Positions 9,032 through 18,396 of a stretch of 64,000 nucleotides of DNA are shown in pieces; within the stretch, counting starts at the first letter, position 1, and each line of letters starts with the position of its first letter. Made by a program: the position numbers and the translations under genes. Origin of the DNA: an uncultured Methanosarcinales archaeon (lineage in GTDB: Archaea; Nanobdellota; Nanobdellia; Woesearchaeales; GCA-2686295); assembly GCA_964402995.1 (NCBI GenBank), contig CAYOEA010000002.1, positions 36,558-100,557 on the forward strand, given 5' to 3'. The notes below the pieces were generated by a model. It ran no database searches. It was given only the letters and a program-made list of their open reading frames with translations, and was not told the origin of the DNA.

Positions 9032-10060
9032 TTGAGTTCTATTAAGAAAAGCATGCCGACAAAAGAAGAAGTTCTAAAGGTGTTAAGAGAACAAGGACCA
9101 ATCATCCCAAACCAAATAAAAAGGTTAGTTGGAGGAGATACTGTTCTTATAGGTGCAATGCTCTCAGAATTCATTCATAATGGCATAGCAAAATACAGTC
9201 ATCTAAAAGTTGGCAGTTCCCCAGTTTATTATACTAAAGGTCAAGAATCAAAGCTTCTAAACTTCAAGAAATATCTAAACCAAAAAGATCAAAGAACAGT
9301 GGACTTACTTCGCGAACATAAAATTCTAAAAGATTCAGACCAAGAAATGTTAATTAGAGTAAGTTCTAGAGAAATAAAAGATTTTGCAAAACAAATAGAA
9401 GTCACAATTAAAGGTGAAAAAGTTCTTTATTGGAAATGGTATTTAACATCAAAAGAAGAAGCAGAAACATTAATTCGAAAAGAATTGAACAAATGGGATA
9501 AACCAGTAAAAGAAGAAACAAACAGTAGTAAAGCTACTGAAGCACCAAAACCTAAAGTTTTGAGTGAACCAACAGTAGTTAAAACTGAACAAAAAGAAAC
9601 ACGAAATATAGAACAAGAAAAGCCAAAAGAAGTACGAGTTAAATCAGAACCAATACAAGTAAAAAAAGAACAAACAACAAGTATCCAAACAGAAAGAAAA
9701 CCAGCTTTTGAACAAGAACAAACAAGAATGTCACAAGAAGCAGTTAGTAGTGATGATTTTTCAAAACAACTCCATGATTTTTTTAATAAAAAAGAAGTGA
9801 AAGTACTTGAAGAAAATATTATTAGAAAGAATTCAGAAATTGAACTTAAACTACTTATTCCTAGTGCAGTCGGAAATATAGAGTACTTTTGTAAAGCAAA
9901 AAATAAAAAGAAATGTAACGATGGAGATTTAAGTAGTGCATATCTAAAAGGTCAAATGACAAAACTTCCAGTAATGTTCATTACTACAGGTGATGTTACT
10001 AAGAAAGCCAAAGATATGTTAATGCATGAGTTTAAAGGATTAGTGTTAAAACAAATATAA
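9032..10060 (+). CDS. hypothetical protein: tandem winged-helix N-terminus, K/E-rich linker, C-terminal Mrr-like (PD-(D/E)xK?) domain
   Basis: Two wH-like segments (…VLREQGPIIPNQIKRLVGGDTVLIGAMLSEF…VYYTK, then …QRTVDLLREHKILKDSDQEMLIRVSSREIKDFA…). The C-terminus …EIELKLLIP…YFCKAK…LPVMFITTGDVTKKAKDML resembles the end of the Mrr catalytic domain (…ifiTtg.ft..A…). Confidence 0.4.
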   Translation: MSSIKKSMPTKEEVLKVLREQGPIIPNQIKRLVGGDTVLIGAMLSEFIHNGIAKYSHLKVGSSPVYYTKGQESKLLNFKKYLNQKDQRTVDLLREHKILKDSDQEMLIRVSSREIKDFAKQIEVTIKGEKVLYWKWYLTSKEEAETLIRKELNKWDKPVKEETNSSKATEAPKPKVLSEPTVVKTEQKETRNIEQEKPKEVRVKSEPIQVKKEQTTSIQTERKPAFEQEQTRMSQEAVSSDDFSKQLHDFFNKKEVKVLEENIIRKNSEIELKLLIPSAVGNIEYFCKAKNKKKCNDGDLSSAYLKGQMTKLPVMFITTGDVTKKAKDMLMHEFKGLVLKQI

Positions 10061-10078
10061 AAAAATCAGGTTTTAAAA

Positions 10079-11113
10079 ATGGGAACAGCAATAACTGAAA
10101 TTCTAATAAAAAAAGAAATTAGTATAAAAGATTTACAAGGACAAATTCTAGCAGTTGATACATTTAACATGCTATACCAATTTATTTCTAGCATAAGACA
10201 ATCAGATGGAACACCATTGACAGATTCTAAAGGCAGAATAACAAGTCACTTAATTGGATTATTTAACAGAGTAACAAAATTAATGACAGAAGGAATAAAA
10301 TTCATCTTTGTATTTGATGGCGAAGTTCCAGACCTGAAGAAAGCAGAAAGAGAAAGAAGAAAATTAGCAAAACTTGAAGCTCAAGCGAAATATGACGCAG
10401 CAAAACAAGAAGAAAATATTGAAGAAATGAAAAAATATGCTTCAAGAACTTCAAAACTAACATCAAACATGGTAGATGAAGCAAAAGAATTGATTAGAGC
10501 ACTTGGAATGCCAATAGTAGATGCACCAAGTGAAGGCGAAGCACAAGCAGCATATATAGTTTCAAAAGGAGAAGCATACGCAATAGTTAGCCAAGATGCA
10601 GACTCGCTTGTTTTTGGAGCACCAATAGTTATTAAAAATTTAACAATTGGCGGAAAGAAAAAAATGCCAGGAAGTTATGTGTATAAAAATATAAGTCCTG
10701 AAACATTAAGTTTAGCTGAGAACTTGAATAATTTGAAAATAACCAATGATCAATTAATAGTGCTTGCAATGCTTGTAGGAACTGATTATAATATTGGCGG
10801 AATAAAAGGAATAGGACCAAAGAAAGCTTTAAAACTACTAGAAACATATAAAGAAGATTATGAGAAAATATTTGAGGAAGCAAAGTGGAATGATAACTTT
10901 GACTTTGAATGGAAATTAGTATATGACACCATAAAAAATGTGAAAATTACTGACGATTATGATTTAACATTTGAAAAGATTGATACAGAAAAAATAATTG
11001 AAATATTAGTAGAAAAACATGACTTTTCAAAAGAAAGAGTTGATGGAACAATTGCAAAATTAATGAAAGGAATGCAACCAAAAACTCAGAAAGGACTTGG
11101 AGATTTCTTTTAA
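10079..11113 (+). CDS. fen: flap endonuclease 1 (FEN-1)
   Basis: N-domain …ILAVDTFNMLYQF… and I-domain …FVFDGEVPDLK…GMPIVDAPSEGEAQAAY…SQDADSLVFG… are classic XPG/FEN1 motifs. An HhH follows: GTDYN…GIGPKKAL. Confidence 0.9.
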   Translation: MGTAITEILIKKEISIKDLQGQILAVDTFNMLYQFISSIRQSDGTPLTDSKGRITSHLIGLFNRVTKLMTEGIKFIFVFDGEVPDLKKAERERRKLAKLEAQAKYDAAKQEENIEEMKKYASRTSKLTSNMVDEAKELIRALGMPIVDAPSEGEAQAAYIVSKGEAYAIVSQDADSLVFGAPIVIKNLTIGGKKKMPGSYVYKNISPETLSLAENLNNLKITNDQLIVLAMLVGTDYNIGGIKGIGPKKALKLLETYKEDYEKIFEEAKWNDNFDFEWKLVYDTIKNVKITDDYDLTFEKIDTEKIIEILVEKHDFSKERVDGTIAKLMKGMQPKTQKGLGDFF

Positions 11114-11235
11114 ATTTAGAAATAAAAAAAGAGGATTAAGATTAATTGGAATAGTATGTTTAGATATTAAGAATACGCTGCTTCTAAAAATATGATGATA
11201 TTAGGCAGAGTATTTATTTTATTATAAATTAGAAA

Positions 11236-12105
11236 ATGAATTGGTTAATGTTTGCAATAGGAGCGGCAATATTCACTGCAGCTGCAGCACTAACTCAAAA
11301 AAAAGTTTTGAATAAAGAACATGCACTTGAATTCTCAACAGTACTTGCAATACTTAATTTTGCAATTGTGTTTGTTTTCTTACCACAAACAAATTTTGAT
11401 ATTGGATGGGATAAATACTTACTAATCTATGGAGTATCATGGTTTGCAGCAATAGCATATTTAATGGTTGCAAAAGCAGCAAGACATAGCGAAATATCAG
11501 CAGTATCACCAATAATGAATTTTGGACCTGCAATAACTGCAAGCATGGCATTCTTAGTTCTTGGAGAAAAGATTTCAGCTTTACAAGTTGCAGGAATAGG
11601 ATTACTCATTTTAGGAATGTATGTTTTAGAAATAAAAAAAGACTTGAAAAACTTCTTAGATCCATTCAAAGAATTTGTAAAATCAAAATATAATCACTTC
11701 ATAATATTCGCATTAATTCTATATGGTTTTACAAGCATAGCAGACAGATATATAATGACGCATGGAGTTGGAGTTGAAACATACCAATTCATAGTGCATG
11801 GTTTTGTACTTATGAATTATTTGCTAATCATAACAATTTTTTATGATGGAATAAAAGGCGTAATTAATGGATTTAAGAGCGCAGGTAAATGGATTCTATT
11901 GGTATCAATATTTACTGTAGCATATAGATATATGCAAGCAAAAGCTGTTTCTATGATGTATGTAGGGCTTGTTTCTGCAATTAAGAGACTATCAAATGTG
12001 GTAATCACTTTAGTTGGTGGAAAAATATATCATGAAAAGAACGTTCTGATAAAAGTCTTAGGGTGTATCATTATGATTTGGGGCGCAGTCTTTATAATAA
12101 TCTAA
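11236..12105 (+). CDS. EamA/DMT-family-like polytopic membrane transporter
   Basis: 289 aa, ~10 predicted TM helices in a two-half arrangement typical of the drug/metabolite transporter fold. No soluble domains. Confidence 0.5.
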   Translation: MNWLMFAIGAAIFTAAAALTQKKVLNKEHALEFSTVLAILNFAIVFVFLPQTNFDIGWDKYLLIYGVSWFAAIAYLMVAKAARHSEISAVSPIMNFGPAITASMAFLVLGEKISALQVAGIGLLILGMYVLEIKKDLKNFLDPFKEFVKSKYNHFIIFALILYGFTSIADRYIMTHGVGVETYQFIVHGFVLMNYLLIITIFYDGIKGVINGFKSAGKWILLVSIFTVAYRYMQAKAVSMMYVGLVSAIKRLSNVVITLVGGKIYHEKNVLIKVLGCIIMIWGAVFIII

Positions 12106-12168
12106 TTATAATCAAATAAAGTCTTTAATTTATATAAATTTAAAAAAGGAAATTACCTTCTAAAGAAA

Positions 12169-13923
12169 ATGCTTGGTGCAAAAACAGAAATCAGAAATGC
12201 TGAAGAATTAAAATCCCATCTAATTAATAATGGATTAATGGATTTTAATAGAAGAAATAAAGTAGAAGATGGAATGATAATATTCCCCATTACCAAGTCA
12301 TTTGAAAAAGAAAGAGTGATTATTTTTGAAGTTGATTTACCTACAAAAAATAAAAAAACTAGCTGGATAGATGAACTAAATAAAATATTAAGCGCTGAAG
12401 AATTAAAAGAAGTTAAGACTGCGCAAGACGTATTAGGTAATATAGCAGTAATTGAAATTCCTGAAAACTTAATTTTAAAAGAAAAAGAGATTGCAGAAGC
12501 ACTATTAAAAACAAATAAACATGTTAAAACAGTACTAAAAAAAGCAGGCGAACATGATGGAATATTTAGAACACAAAAAATGCAGTGGCTTGCAGGCGAG
12601 AATACAAAAGAATCAATCTATTTAGAAAATAACGCCAAAATAAAAATAAATGTAGAAGAAGTATATTTCAGTCCAAGACTTAGCACTGAAAGAAAAAGAA
12701 TAGCAGGGCAAGTAAAACCAGGCGAAGAAGTTCTTGTAATGTTTAGTGGAGCTGCACCATACCCTTGCGTATTATCAAAAAATACAGATGCAAAAAGAAT
12801 AATTGGAATAGAACTAAATCCTGTTGGACACAAATATGGAATTGAAAATTTAAAATTAAATAAAATTCATAATGTAAGTTTAATTAATGGAGATGTAAAT
12901 TCTGTTTTACCAAAAATGTATTCTGAAATTATAGGATTAAAATCAGCAATATTAGATGAAGAAATGAATGTTCGACTAGCACAAAATCCTAAAGTGTTTG
13001 AATTTCATTTATTTGAAGATGACCTTCCTAAAAATAAAAATAAACTTGAAGAATGGATTATAAAATTAAAAGAAAAAGGAATAGAAGTTATTATACACGC
13101 ACCATTTAGAAAACCAAATGGTGAAAGTTTCAAATTTAATAAAAAAAACATTGAACATGAATTAAAAATAACTTCAATCATAGGAGAACTATGTAAACAA
13201 TATGATGCTAAAGCAATAATACACCCAACAAATACTGATTCAAAAGAAAACGATGATGAAAATATATTAATACAAAATCTAAAAAAATTAAGAAACTATT
13301 ATGATTATTTTTATTTTGAAAATGAAAATAAAGGAATGTTTGCAGAAACAAAACAAATAATTAGGATAGCAAAAAATGCAGGAATAAAAAATATTTGTAT
13401 AGATCTTGCACATGCATACATCTACAACGATAGTAATGATAAAATTGAAGAACTAATAAAAGAAGTCCAAAAACAATTTAATACATATTTCCACATAGTA
13501 GATAATAATAAAAAAACACATAGTTGTAAAGTTGGAGCAGGTTTTGTTGATTTTGAAAGAATCATGCCTTATGTCACAAAAGGAATAGCTGAAGTTAGAA
13601 GCGAAGATGAAAAAAAAGCAACAGAGATGATCGAAAGTTATAATAAATTAATCGATATAATTCCACAATTTGATAGAATATGTATGCCACTACCAAAATC
13701 AGCTGAAGACTTTCTAGAAGCAGCATTTAGCGTATCAAAAAATGGAACTATAATTCATTTTTATGATTTTTTACATGAAACAGAATTTGATTTATGTGAA
13801 GAAAAAGTAAAGAATGCATGTGAGAAATCAGGAATAAAATATGAAATTATAAGTTTCAATAAATGCGGCCAATACAGCCCTGGTAAATTTAGAGTTTGCT
13901 TAGATTTCAAAATCATAAAATAA
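12169..13923 (+). CDS. Trm5/Taw2(TYW2)-type tRNA methyltransferase fused to a C-terminal xylose-isomerase-like / AP-endonuclease-2-type TIM-barrel domain
   Basis: N-terminal half: …YFSPRLSTERKRIA…VLVMFSGAAPYPCVL…IIGIELNP (Met-10+/Trm5 signature with SAM motif I). C-terminal ~320 aa: …IEVIIHAPFRKPNG…AKAIIHPTNT…ICIDLAHAYIY… resembles sugar-phosphate isomerase / endonuclease IV TIM barrels. Confidence 0.55.
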   Translation: MLGAKTEIRNAEELKSHLINNGLMDFNRRNKVEDGMIIFPITKSFEKERVIIFEVDLPTKNKKTSWIDELNKILSAEELKEVKTAQDVLGNIAVIEIPENLILKEKEIAEALLKTNKHVKTVLKKAGEHDGIFRTQKMQWLAGENTKESIYLENNAKIKINVEEVYFSPRLSTERKRIAGQVKPGEEVLVMFSGAAPYPCVLSKNTDAKRIIGIELNPVGHKYGIENLKLNKIHNVSLINGDVNSVLPKMYSEIIGLKSAILDEEMNVRLAQNPKVFEFHLFEDDLPKNKNKLEEWIIKLKEKGIEVIIHAPFRKPNGESFKFNKKNIEHELKITSIIGELCKQYDAKAIIHPTNTDSKENDDENILIQNLKKLRNYYDYFYFENENKGMFAETKQIIRIAKNAGIKNICIDLAHAYIYNDSNDKIEELIKEVQKQFNTYFHIVDNNKKTHSCKVGAGFVDFERIMPYVTKGIAEVRSEDEKKATEMIESYNKLIDIIPQFDRICMPLPKSAEDFLEAAFSVSKNGTIIHFYDFLHETEFDLCEEKVKNACEKSGIKYEIISFNKCGQYSPGKFRVCLDFKIIK

Positions 13924-13990
13924 TAACAATAATAAAAAATGATTCTTAAAAATATATGGAAGTTAAATTAAAATAGACAATAGAATAAAA

Positions 13991-14070
13991 GACGCGCTCC
14001 CTAGTTACTTCCGTTCTTCATCAGGACGAAGTCCCTCAGCGGGTGTTCACTCGGTCATCACGCGCAGACA
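13991..14070 (-). ncRNA. candidate C/D-box-like sRNA (C, D', C' boxes present; D box non-canonical)
   Basis: A GC-rich 80-nt island sits in an AT-rich convergent intergenic region. Minus strand reads ugucugcgcg-UGAUGA-(15 nt)-CUGA-(12 nt)-UGAUGA-(13 nt)-CUAG-ggagcgcguc. The C box is GUGAUGA, D' is CUGA and C' is UGAUGA. The D-box position holds CUAG rather than CUGA. The GC-rich flanks can pair as a terminal stem. Confidence 0.4.
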
Positions 14071-14189
14071 AAATGAAAGGAAGACAGTTTATATACTTAT
14101 TCTTTCTTAACTTTAATGAAACCTATAATTTGATGAGAAAAGAATAAGAACTAGTTTATATAATAAAAAATTATTAGAATTTTTAATAA

Positions 14190-15320
14190 CTATCCATAGA
14201 TAAGATAATTGAGCATATCAGTATCTTCATTCTTAATTTTTTTAACTGCTGCAATTAAATCTTCAGATTCAACTTTAGTTTTACCTTTACGAATAGCAAA
14301 ATAACCTGCTTCAGTACAAACAGCTTTAATTTCAGCACCAGAGAAATTTTTCATAGATTTAACAAGTTTATCAACATCTAATTTTTTATCAATAGTCATA
14401 TTTTTCGTATGAATTTTGAAGATTTCTTTCAAACCTTCTTCGCCAGGATTATCAACTTCAATTAAACGGTCTAATCTACCTGGTCTTACAATTGCAGGAT
14501 CAAGAATATCCAGTCTGTTAGTACAACCAATAATTTTAACATTATCAAGAGGTTTAAAACCATCTAACTCAGCAAGTAACTGCATGAATGTTCTTTGAAC
14601 TTCTCTTTCACCAGAAGTACCGACATCAATTCTTTTAGCAGCTAACGAATCTAATTCGTCAATAAAAATAATTGAAGGAGCACGTTCTCGTGCAATTTGA
14701 AATATTTCTTTAACAAGTTTCGCACCTTCACCAATGAACTTTTGAACAAGTTCAGAACCTACGATTTCAATAAACGTAGATTTAGTTGATGAAGCAACAG
14801 CTTTTGCAAGAAGAGTCTTTCCAGTTCCTGGAGGACCATGAAGTAAAATACCTTTTGGAGGATGAATACCTACCTTTTTGAATAATTCAGGTTTGTTTAA
14901 TGGAAGCTCAATAACTTCTTTAATTTCTTCAATTTGTTTATCTAAACCACCAATTTCAGCCCAAGGAACGTTTGGATCATCCATTATAACAAACTGTTCA
15001 ACATTAAATTTTTTAGACATTTCAACTTTATCTATAACAGTTAAATTCTTTTGTTCAAGAAGAACTGAATCACCGGAAGAAACACCCTTTAAATCATTTG
15101 AAATATCTACATAAAAACTATTTCCATTTGGTAATTTAACAACTGCTTGTTGATCATGAAGACTAATTAATTCACCAATAAGAAGAGCAGGAGATTTAAA
15201 CCTATCAACTTCATTTTTTAATTGAGAAACTGTTTCTCGAAGTAATCTATTCTCCTCTTCCATATCATTTGAATCCATGGTATATGAGAACATAGCTTTA
15301 TCTTTATTCATAATAAACAA
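14190..15320 (-). CDS. pan: proteasome-activating nucleotidase (PAN, AAA+ ATPase)
   Basis: N-terminal coiled coil. Walker A GPPGTGKTLLAKAVA, Walker B IIFIDELD. Second region of homology present. Confidence 0.85.
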   Translation of the reverse strand: MFIMNKDKAMFSYTMDSNDMEEENRLLRETVSQLKNEVDRFKSPALLIGELISLHDQQAVVKLPNGNSFYVDISNDLKGVSSGDSVLLEQKNLTVIDKVEMSKKFNVEQFVIMDDPNVPWAEIGGLDKQIEEIKEVIELPLNKPELFKKVGIHPPKGILLHGPPGTGKTLLAKAVASSTKSTFIEIVGSELVQKFIGEGAKLVKEIFQIARERAPSIIFIDELDSLAAKRIDVGTSGEREVQRTFMQLLAELDGFKPLDNVKIIGCTNRLDILDPAIVRPGRLDRLIEVDNPGEEGLKEIFKIHTKNMTIDKKLDVDKLVKSMKNFSGAEIKAVCTEAGYFAIRKGKTKVESEDLIAAVKKIKNEDTDMLNYLIYG

Positions 15321-15337
15321 AAAATGATGAGGGTTTT

Positions 15338-16384
15338 TTAAAGTTTTGGTATTATGATTAATTTTTTAGGAAATGAAGTTAAAATTTTATGCCCTGTTTT
15401 AGTAACTAAAACATCATCTTCAAATCTAATGCCAAAAGAAGAATAAATTCCAGGCTCAATAGTAATTACCATGCCTGCCTTTAAAATTTCTTTTGATTTT
15501 AAAGATACTCTTGGAGATTCATGAACATCAAGACCAAGACCATGACCTAAACTATGAATGAAAAATTTGTCAATGATGCCTAATTCCTTTCTAACAAAAG
15601 TTTCTAAGTCTGTGACCTTAACATTTGACTTAACTAAAGCAATTGCTTTCTTTTGAATTGAAAGTAAAAAACGATAAGTTTTTCTTTCTTGATCAGACGG
15701 TTTTCCAATATAAAACGTTCTTGTAATATCAGCACAATAACCTTTATATTTTAAACCCATATCAATAACTAAAAAACCATCCTTGATTTTAGAATTCGAT
15801 GCGTAGTGTGGCTTTGAAGCGTTAATACCGGATGCAACAATAGGTTCAAAAGAAATTTCACAATCTAAATCAATAGCTCGTTTCTTAATGTATTTTCTAA
15901 TATCATCTTCATATTTAAAGTTAAGACTCTTGAAGTTTTTTATTATTTCTTTTAGAACTTTTTCAGATAGTTTGCATGCATGAATAATATTTTTTATTTC
16001 ATCAGAGGATTTTGTTAATCGGAGTTTTGAGAGAATATCTGAGACATCAACAGTTGAAGTTATTTTATCAAGTTTGATTTTAAAAGATGCTGGAACAAAA
16101 GGAAAATTTAAACCAATAGTTTTGAATTTTGTCAAAGATTCTTTTAATAATTTTAAAGGTGTTTTTGAACTAACTATAGTACAAGGAAGAGAAATATCTT
16201 CTAGAAGACTTGTGAAAATTATGGGTTTTCCAACATTTGGAATTAGGATGTAAGATTCACCAATAGCTTCTTTTAGAAAATAAAATGCATTCACATCATC
16301 AGATCTAAAAACACAAGCATCAATTTTATTTTTACTCAAATAAGTTTGAAATTTATCTAAAGACATTTTATTTAGGACCTCCAA
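15338..16384 (-). CDS. M24-family Xaa-Pro aminopeptidase / prolidase-like
   Basis: Metal-ligand region …GYCADITRTF… and HSLGHGLGLDVHE with …ITIEPGIY… is typical of the M24 pita-bread fold. Confidence 0.75.
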   Translation of the reverse strand: MEVLNKMSLDKFQTYLSKNKIDACVFRSDDVNAFYFLKEAIGESYILIPNVGKPIIFTSLLEDISLPCTIVSSKTPLKLLKESLTKFKTIGLNFPFVPASFKIKLDKITSTVDVSDILSKLRLTKSSDEIKNIIHACKLSEKVLKEIIKNFKSLNFKYEDDIRKYIKKRAIDLDCEISFEPIVASGINASKPHYASNSKIKDGFLVIDMGLKYKGYCADITRTFYIGKPSDQERKTYRFLLSIQKKAIALVKSNVKVTDLETFVRKELGIIDKFFIHSLGHGLGLDVHESPRVSLKSKEILKAGMVITIEPGIYSSFGIRFEDDVLVTKTGHKILTSFPKKLIIIPKL

Positions 16385-17021
16385 AAATCAATGAACCAAC
16401 ACGAACCATATTGGCTCCTGATTCAATTGCAACAAGGAAATCATTACTCATACCCATCGATAGATACTTCATTTCAATATTTGGAATGTTTAATTCTTTT
16501 ATTAAATCAAAGACTTTTTTCATCCGATCAAAATAAGGTTTTGCTTTGACACTTGATACATTAAGAACAATAGTCATTAAACCTAAAACTTTAATATTTG
16601 AAAGAGTGGAAAGCTCTTCTAATAAAGGAACTATTTCGTTTTTTGAAATTCCATGTTTGTTTGGATCATTTGAAATGTTTACCTGAACTAAAACAGCCAT
16701 CACTTTATTTTTAGACTTACACACAGAATCAATTTTCTTAGCTAAAGCCAACGAATCTAATGATTGAATCATATCAAAAGTTTCAACCGCATCGCGCACT
16801 TTATTTCTTTGTAAATGACCAATAAGATGAAGTTTAACTTCGCCTTTAATTTCGAGTTTCTTTTCTTTAGCAACAGCAACCCTGCTTTCTGCAATATCAG
16901 TAACACCTAAAAATACTGCTTGATTAATTTCACGAATAGATGCATATTTAGTTACAGCGACTAATTTTGCCTTATGTAAAACTAAAGATTTAACTTTATC
17001 AAGACCATTTAAAAGACTCAT
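16368..17021 (-). CDS. YggS-family pyridoxal-phosphate homeostasis protein (alanine racemase N-terminal-like fold)
   Basis: …LVAVTKYASI… (PLP Lys) …HLIGHLQRNKV… is the YggS/PROSC pattern. ~217 aa. Confidence 0.75.
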   Translation of the reverse strand: MSLLNGLDKVKSLVLHKAKLVAVTKYASIREINQAVFLGVTDIAESRVAVAKEKKLEIKGEVKLHLIGHLQRNKVRDAVETFDMIQSLDSLALAKKIDSVCKSKNKVMAVLVQVNISNDPNKHGISKNEIVPLLEELSTLSNIKVLGLMTIVLNVSSVKAKPYFDRMKKVFDLIKELNIPNIEMKYLSMGMSNDFLVAIESGANMVRVGSLIFGGPK

Positions 17022-17171
17022 AATAGCTTATTATGAAAAGAAGTATAAAAAGTTAACTTAGAATTAGCAAATAAACAAGTAAAATGAAGATAAAAAATGA
17101 GAAAAAATTAATTATGTTTTACTTAAAAATGGTTAGTTAGATTTTTAAAGATGAAGTAAATTCAAGATAAA

Positions 17172-17648
17172 ATGGATAATTTGAAAGTAAATAGTTTAGT
17201 GAAGTTACAAACTTTATGTCTTCTCAATAAAGGACCAAAACATGGTTATGATATAATAAAAGAACTTACAAACTCCATGAATAGAAAAATAAGTGCAAGT
17301 CATGTTTACCCATTCCTAAAAGAATTAGAAGAAAACCAATTTATTAATTGTCAAAAAATAGAAGAAAGAGATAAAAAAAGATATTATTTAACAGATAAAG
17401 GCGATGAATTTATACAAATAGTTCTGAGCAAAATGACTCATGTTATGGATGCATTTTTAAGTAATAAAATAACTAGTTGTCATGGATGTGAATCAAAAAT
17501 TTATGATGGTGAACATGTTGAAATTATAAATGAAATGAAAAAAACATTTTGTTGCAAACACTGCTCTGATGCATATAAACAAAATATTATTCTAAGACAA
17601 AGTGCGTGGCAAACCGAAGATCAAGTTCGAACTGCTTCAAGATTCTAA
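17172..17648 (+). CDS. PadR-like wHTH regulator with C-terminal Cys4 zinc ribbon
   Basis: …LNKGPKHGYDIIKELTNSMNRKISASHVYPFLKELEE… is a PadR-type wHTH. The C-terminus carries CHGC…CCKHC. Confidence 0.5.
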   Translation: MDNLKVNSLVKLQTLCLLNKGPKHGYDIIKELTNSMNRKISASHVYPFLKELEENQFINCQKIEERDKKRYYLTDKGDEFIQIVLSKMTHVMDAFLSNKITSCHGCESKIYDGEHVEIINEMKKTFCCKHCSDAYKQNIILRQSAWQTEDQVRTASRF

Positions 17649-17772
17649 ATTATCAATTCTAAGATAAATCAACTTAATTCTTTAATTTAAATTTTTAGTT
17701 TTATTAAAAAATTATCTTAATTAAAGCATTTAAGAAAAAAACTATATAAATGCGAGACCTTTTGCTAATACA

Positions 17773-18360
17773 ATGATTAGACGTATTGAGAAAAAGAAAG
17801 AAAAAATGAAGAAAATTTGGATGGGAGCAATCACCATATTCTTAATGGTTATAAGTATGCTTGGAGTCATGATGTACAATGACGATGAAGGTTCTGATTT
17901 AGAATATAATGGAACTAAATTTAGCTATCAAAACAATGTTTTTTCAGCAAAGCTTGGCGGAAAAACACAAATCTTTGGAAATTTACCTCAAGAAATTGAA
18001 AATCTAACTGTTAGCGCAGGACTTAAAGAACAATTATCAAAACAAACAATATACTTAACATTTGATCCAAATTCAAGAGATCAAGATTTATCATACATGG
18101 ATTTAATTAGAAAAGACTTTTCAGATAATCTAAACTCAATTGTTATCAATGGAATTACAGCTAACTCAAGCATATATCAATTACCTATCATTGATTGTTA
18201 TTATGCAAGTAATTTAACTAGTGTTTTCAAATTCGAAGTAAGTAATGAAACTAGAATCGATATAGAGGGAGATTGTGTTATTCTAAAAGGAGAAAATATT
18301 GAACTGATTAAACTTAGAGATTACGTCTTATATACTTATTACGATGTAATTGTAAAATAA
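17773..18360 (+). CDS. hypothetical N-terminally anchored secreted protein (paralog A)
   Basis: Single N-terminal TM (ITIFLMVISMLGVMM). C-terminal …NETRIDIEGDCVILKGENIELIKL… aligns with …ETSRIRSEGRCIILEYAQNESIKV… of the next gene. Confidence 0.5.
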   Translation: MIRRIEKKKEKMKKIWMGAITIFLMVISMLGVMMYNDDEGSDLEYNGTKFSYQNNVFSAKLGGKTQIFGNLPQEIENLTVSAGLKEQLSKQTIYLTFDPNSRDQDLSYMDLIRKDFSDNLNSIVINGITANSSIYQLPIIDCYYASNLTSVFKFEVSNETRIDIEGDCVILKGENIELIKLRDYVLYTYYDVIVK

Positions 18361-18396
18361 GCTTAGCAAAAAAGAAAGAGAAGAAAAAAAAAGAAA

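Noticed and set aside
10302-12833. Short antisense ORFs within fen, the EamA gene and the Trm5-fusion gene (10302..10484, 10632..10883, 11354..11551, 11427..11669, 12618..12833)
   Set aside because: Each is fully nested antisense in a gene with strong motif support. They are 60-83 aa with no features.
13991-14070. Considered a tRNA (possibly intron-containing) for the GC-rich island
   Set aside because: I could not build a 7-bp acceptor stem with D/T arms on either strand. There is no GTTC(R)ANTC-like T-loop. The box pattern UGAUGA…CUGA…UGAUGA fits C/D architecture better.
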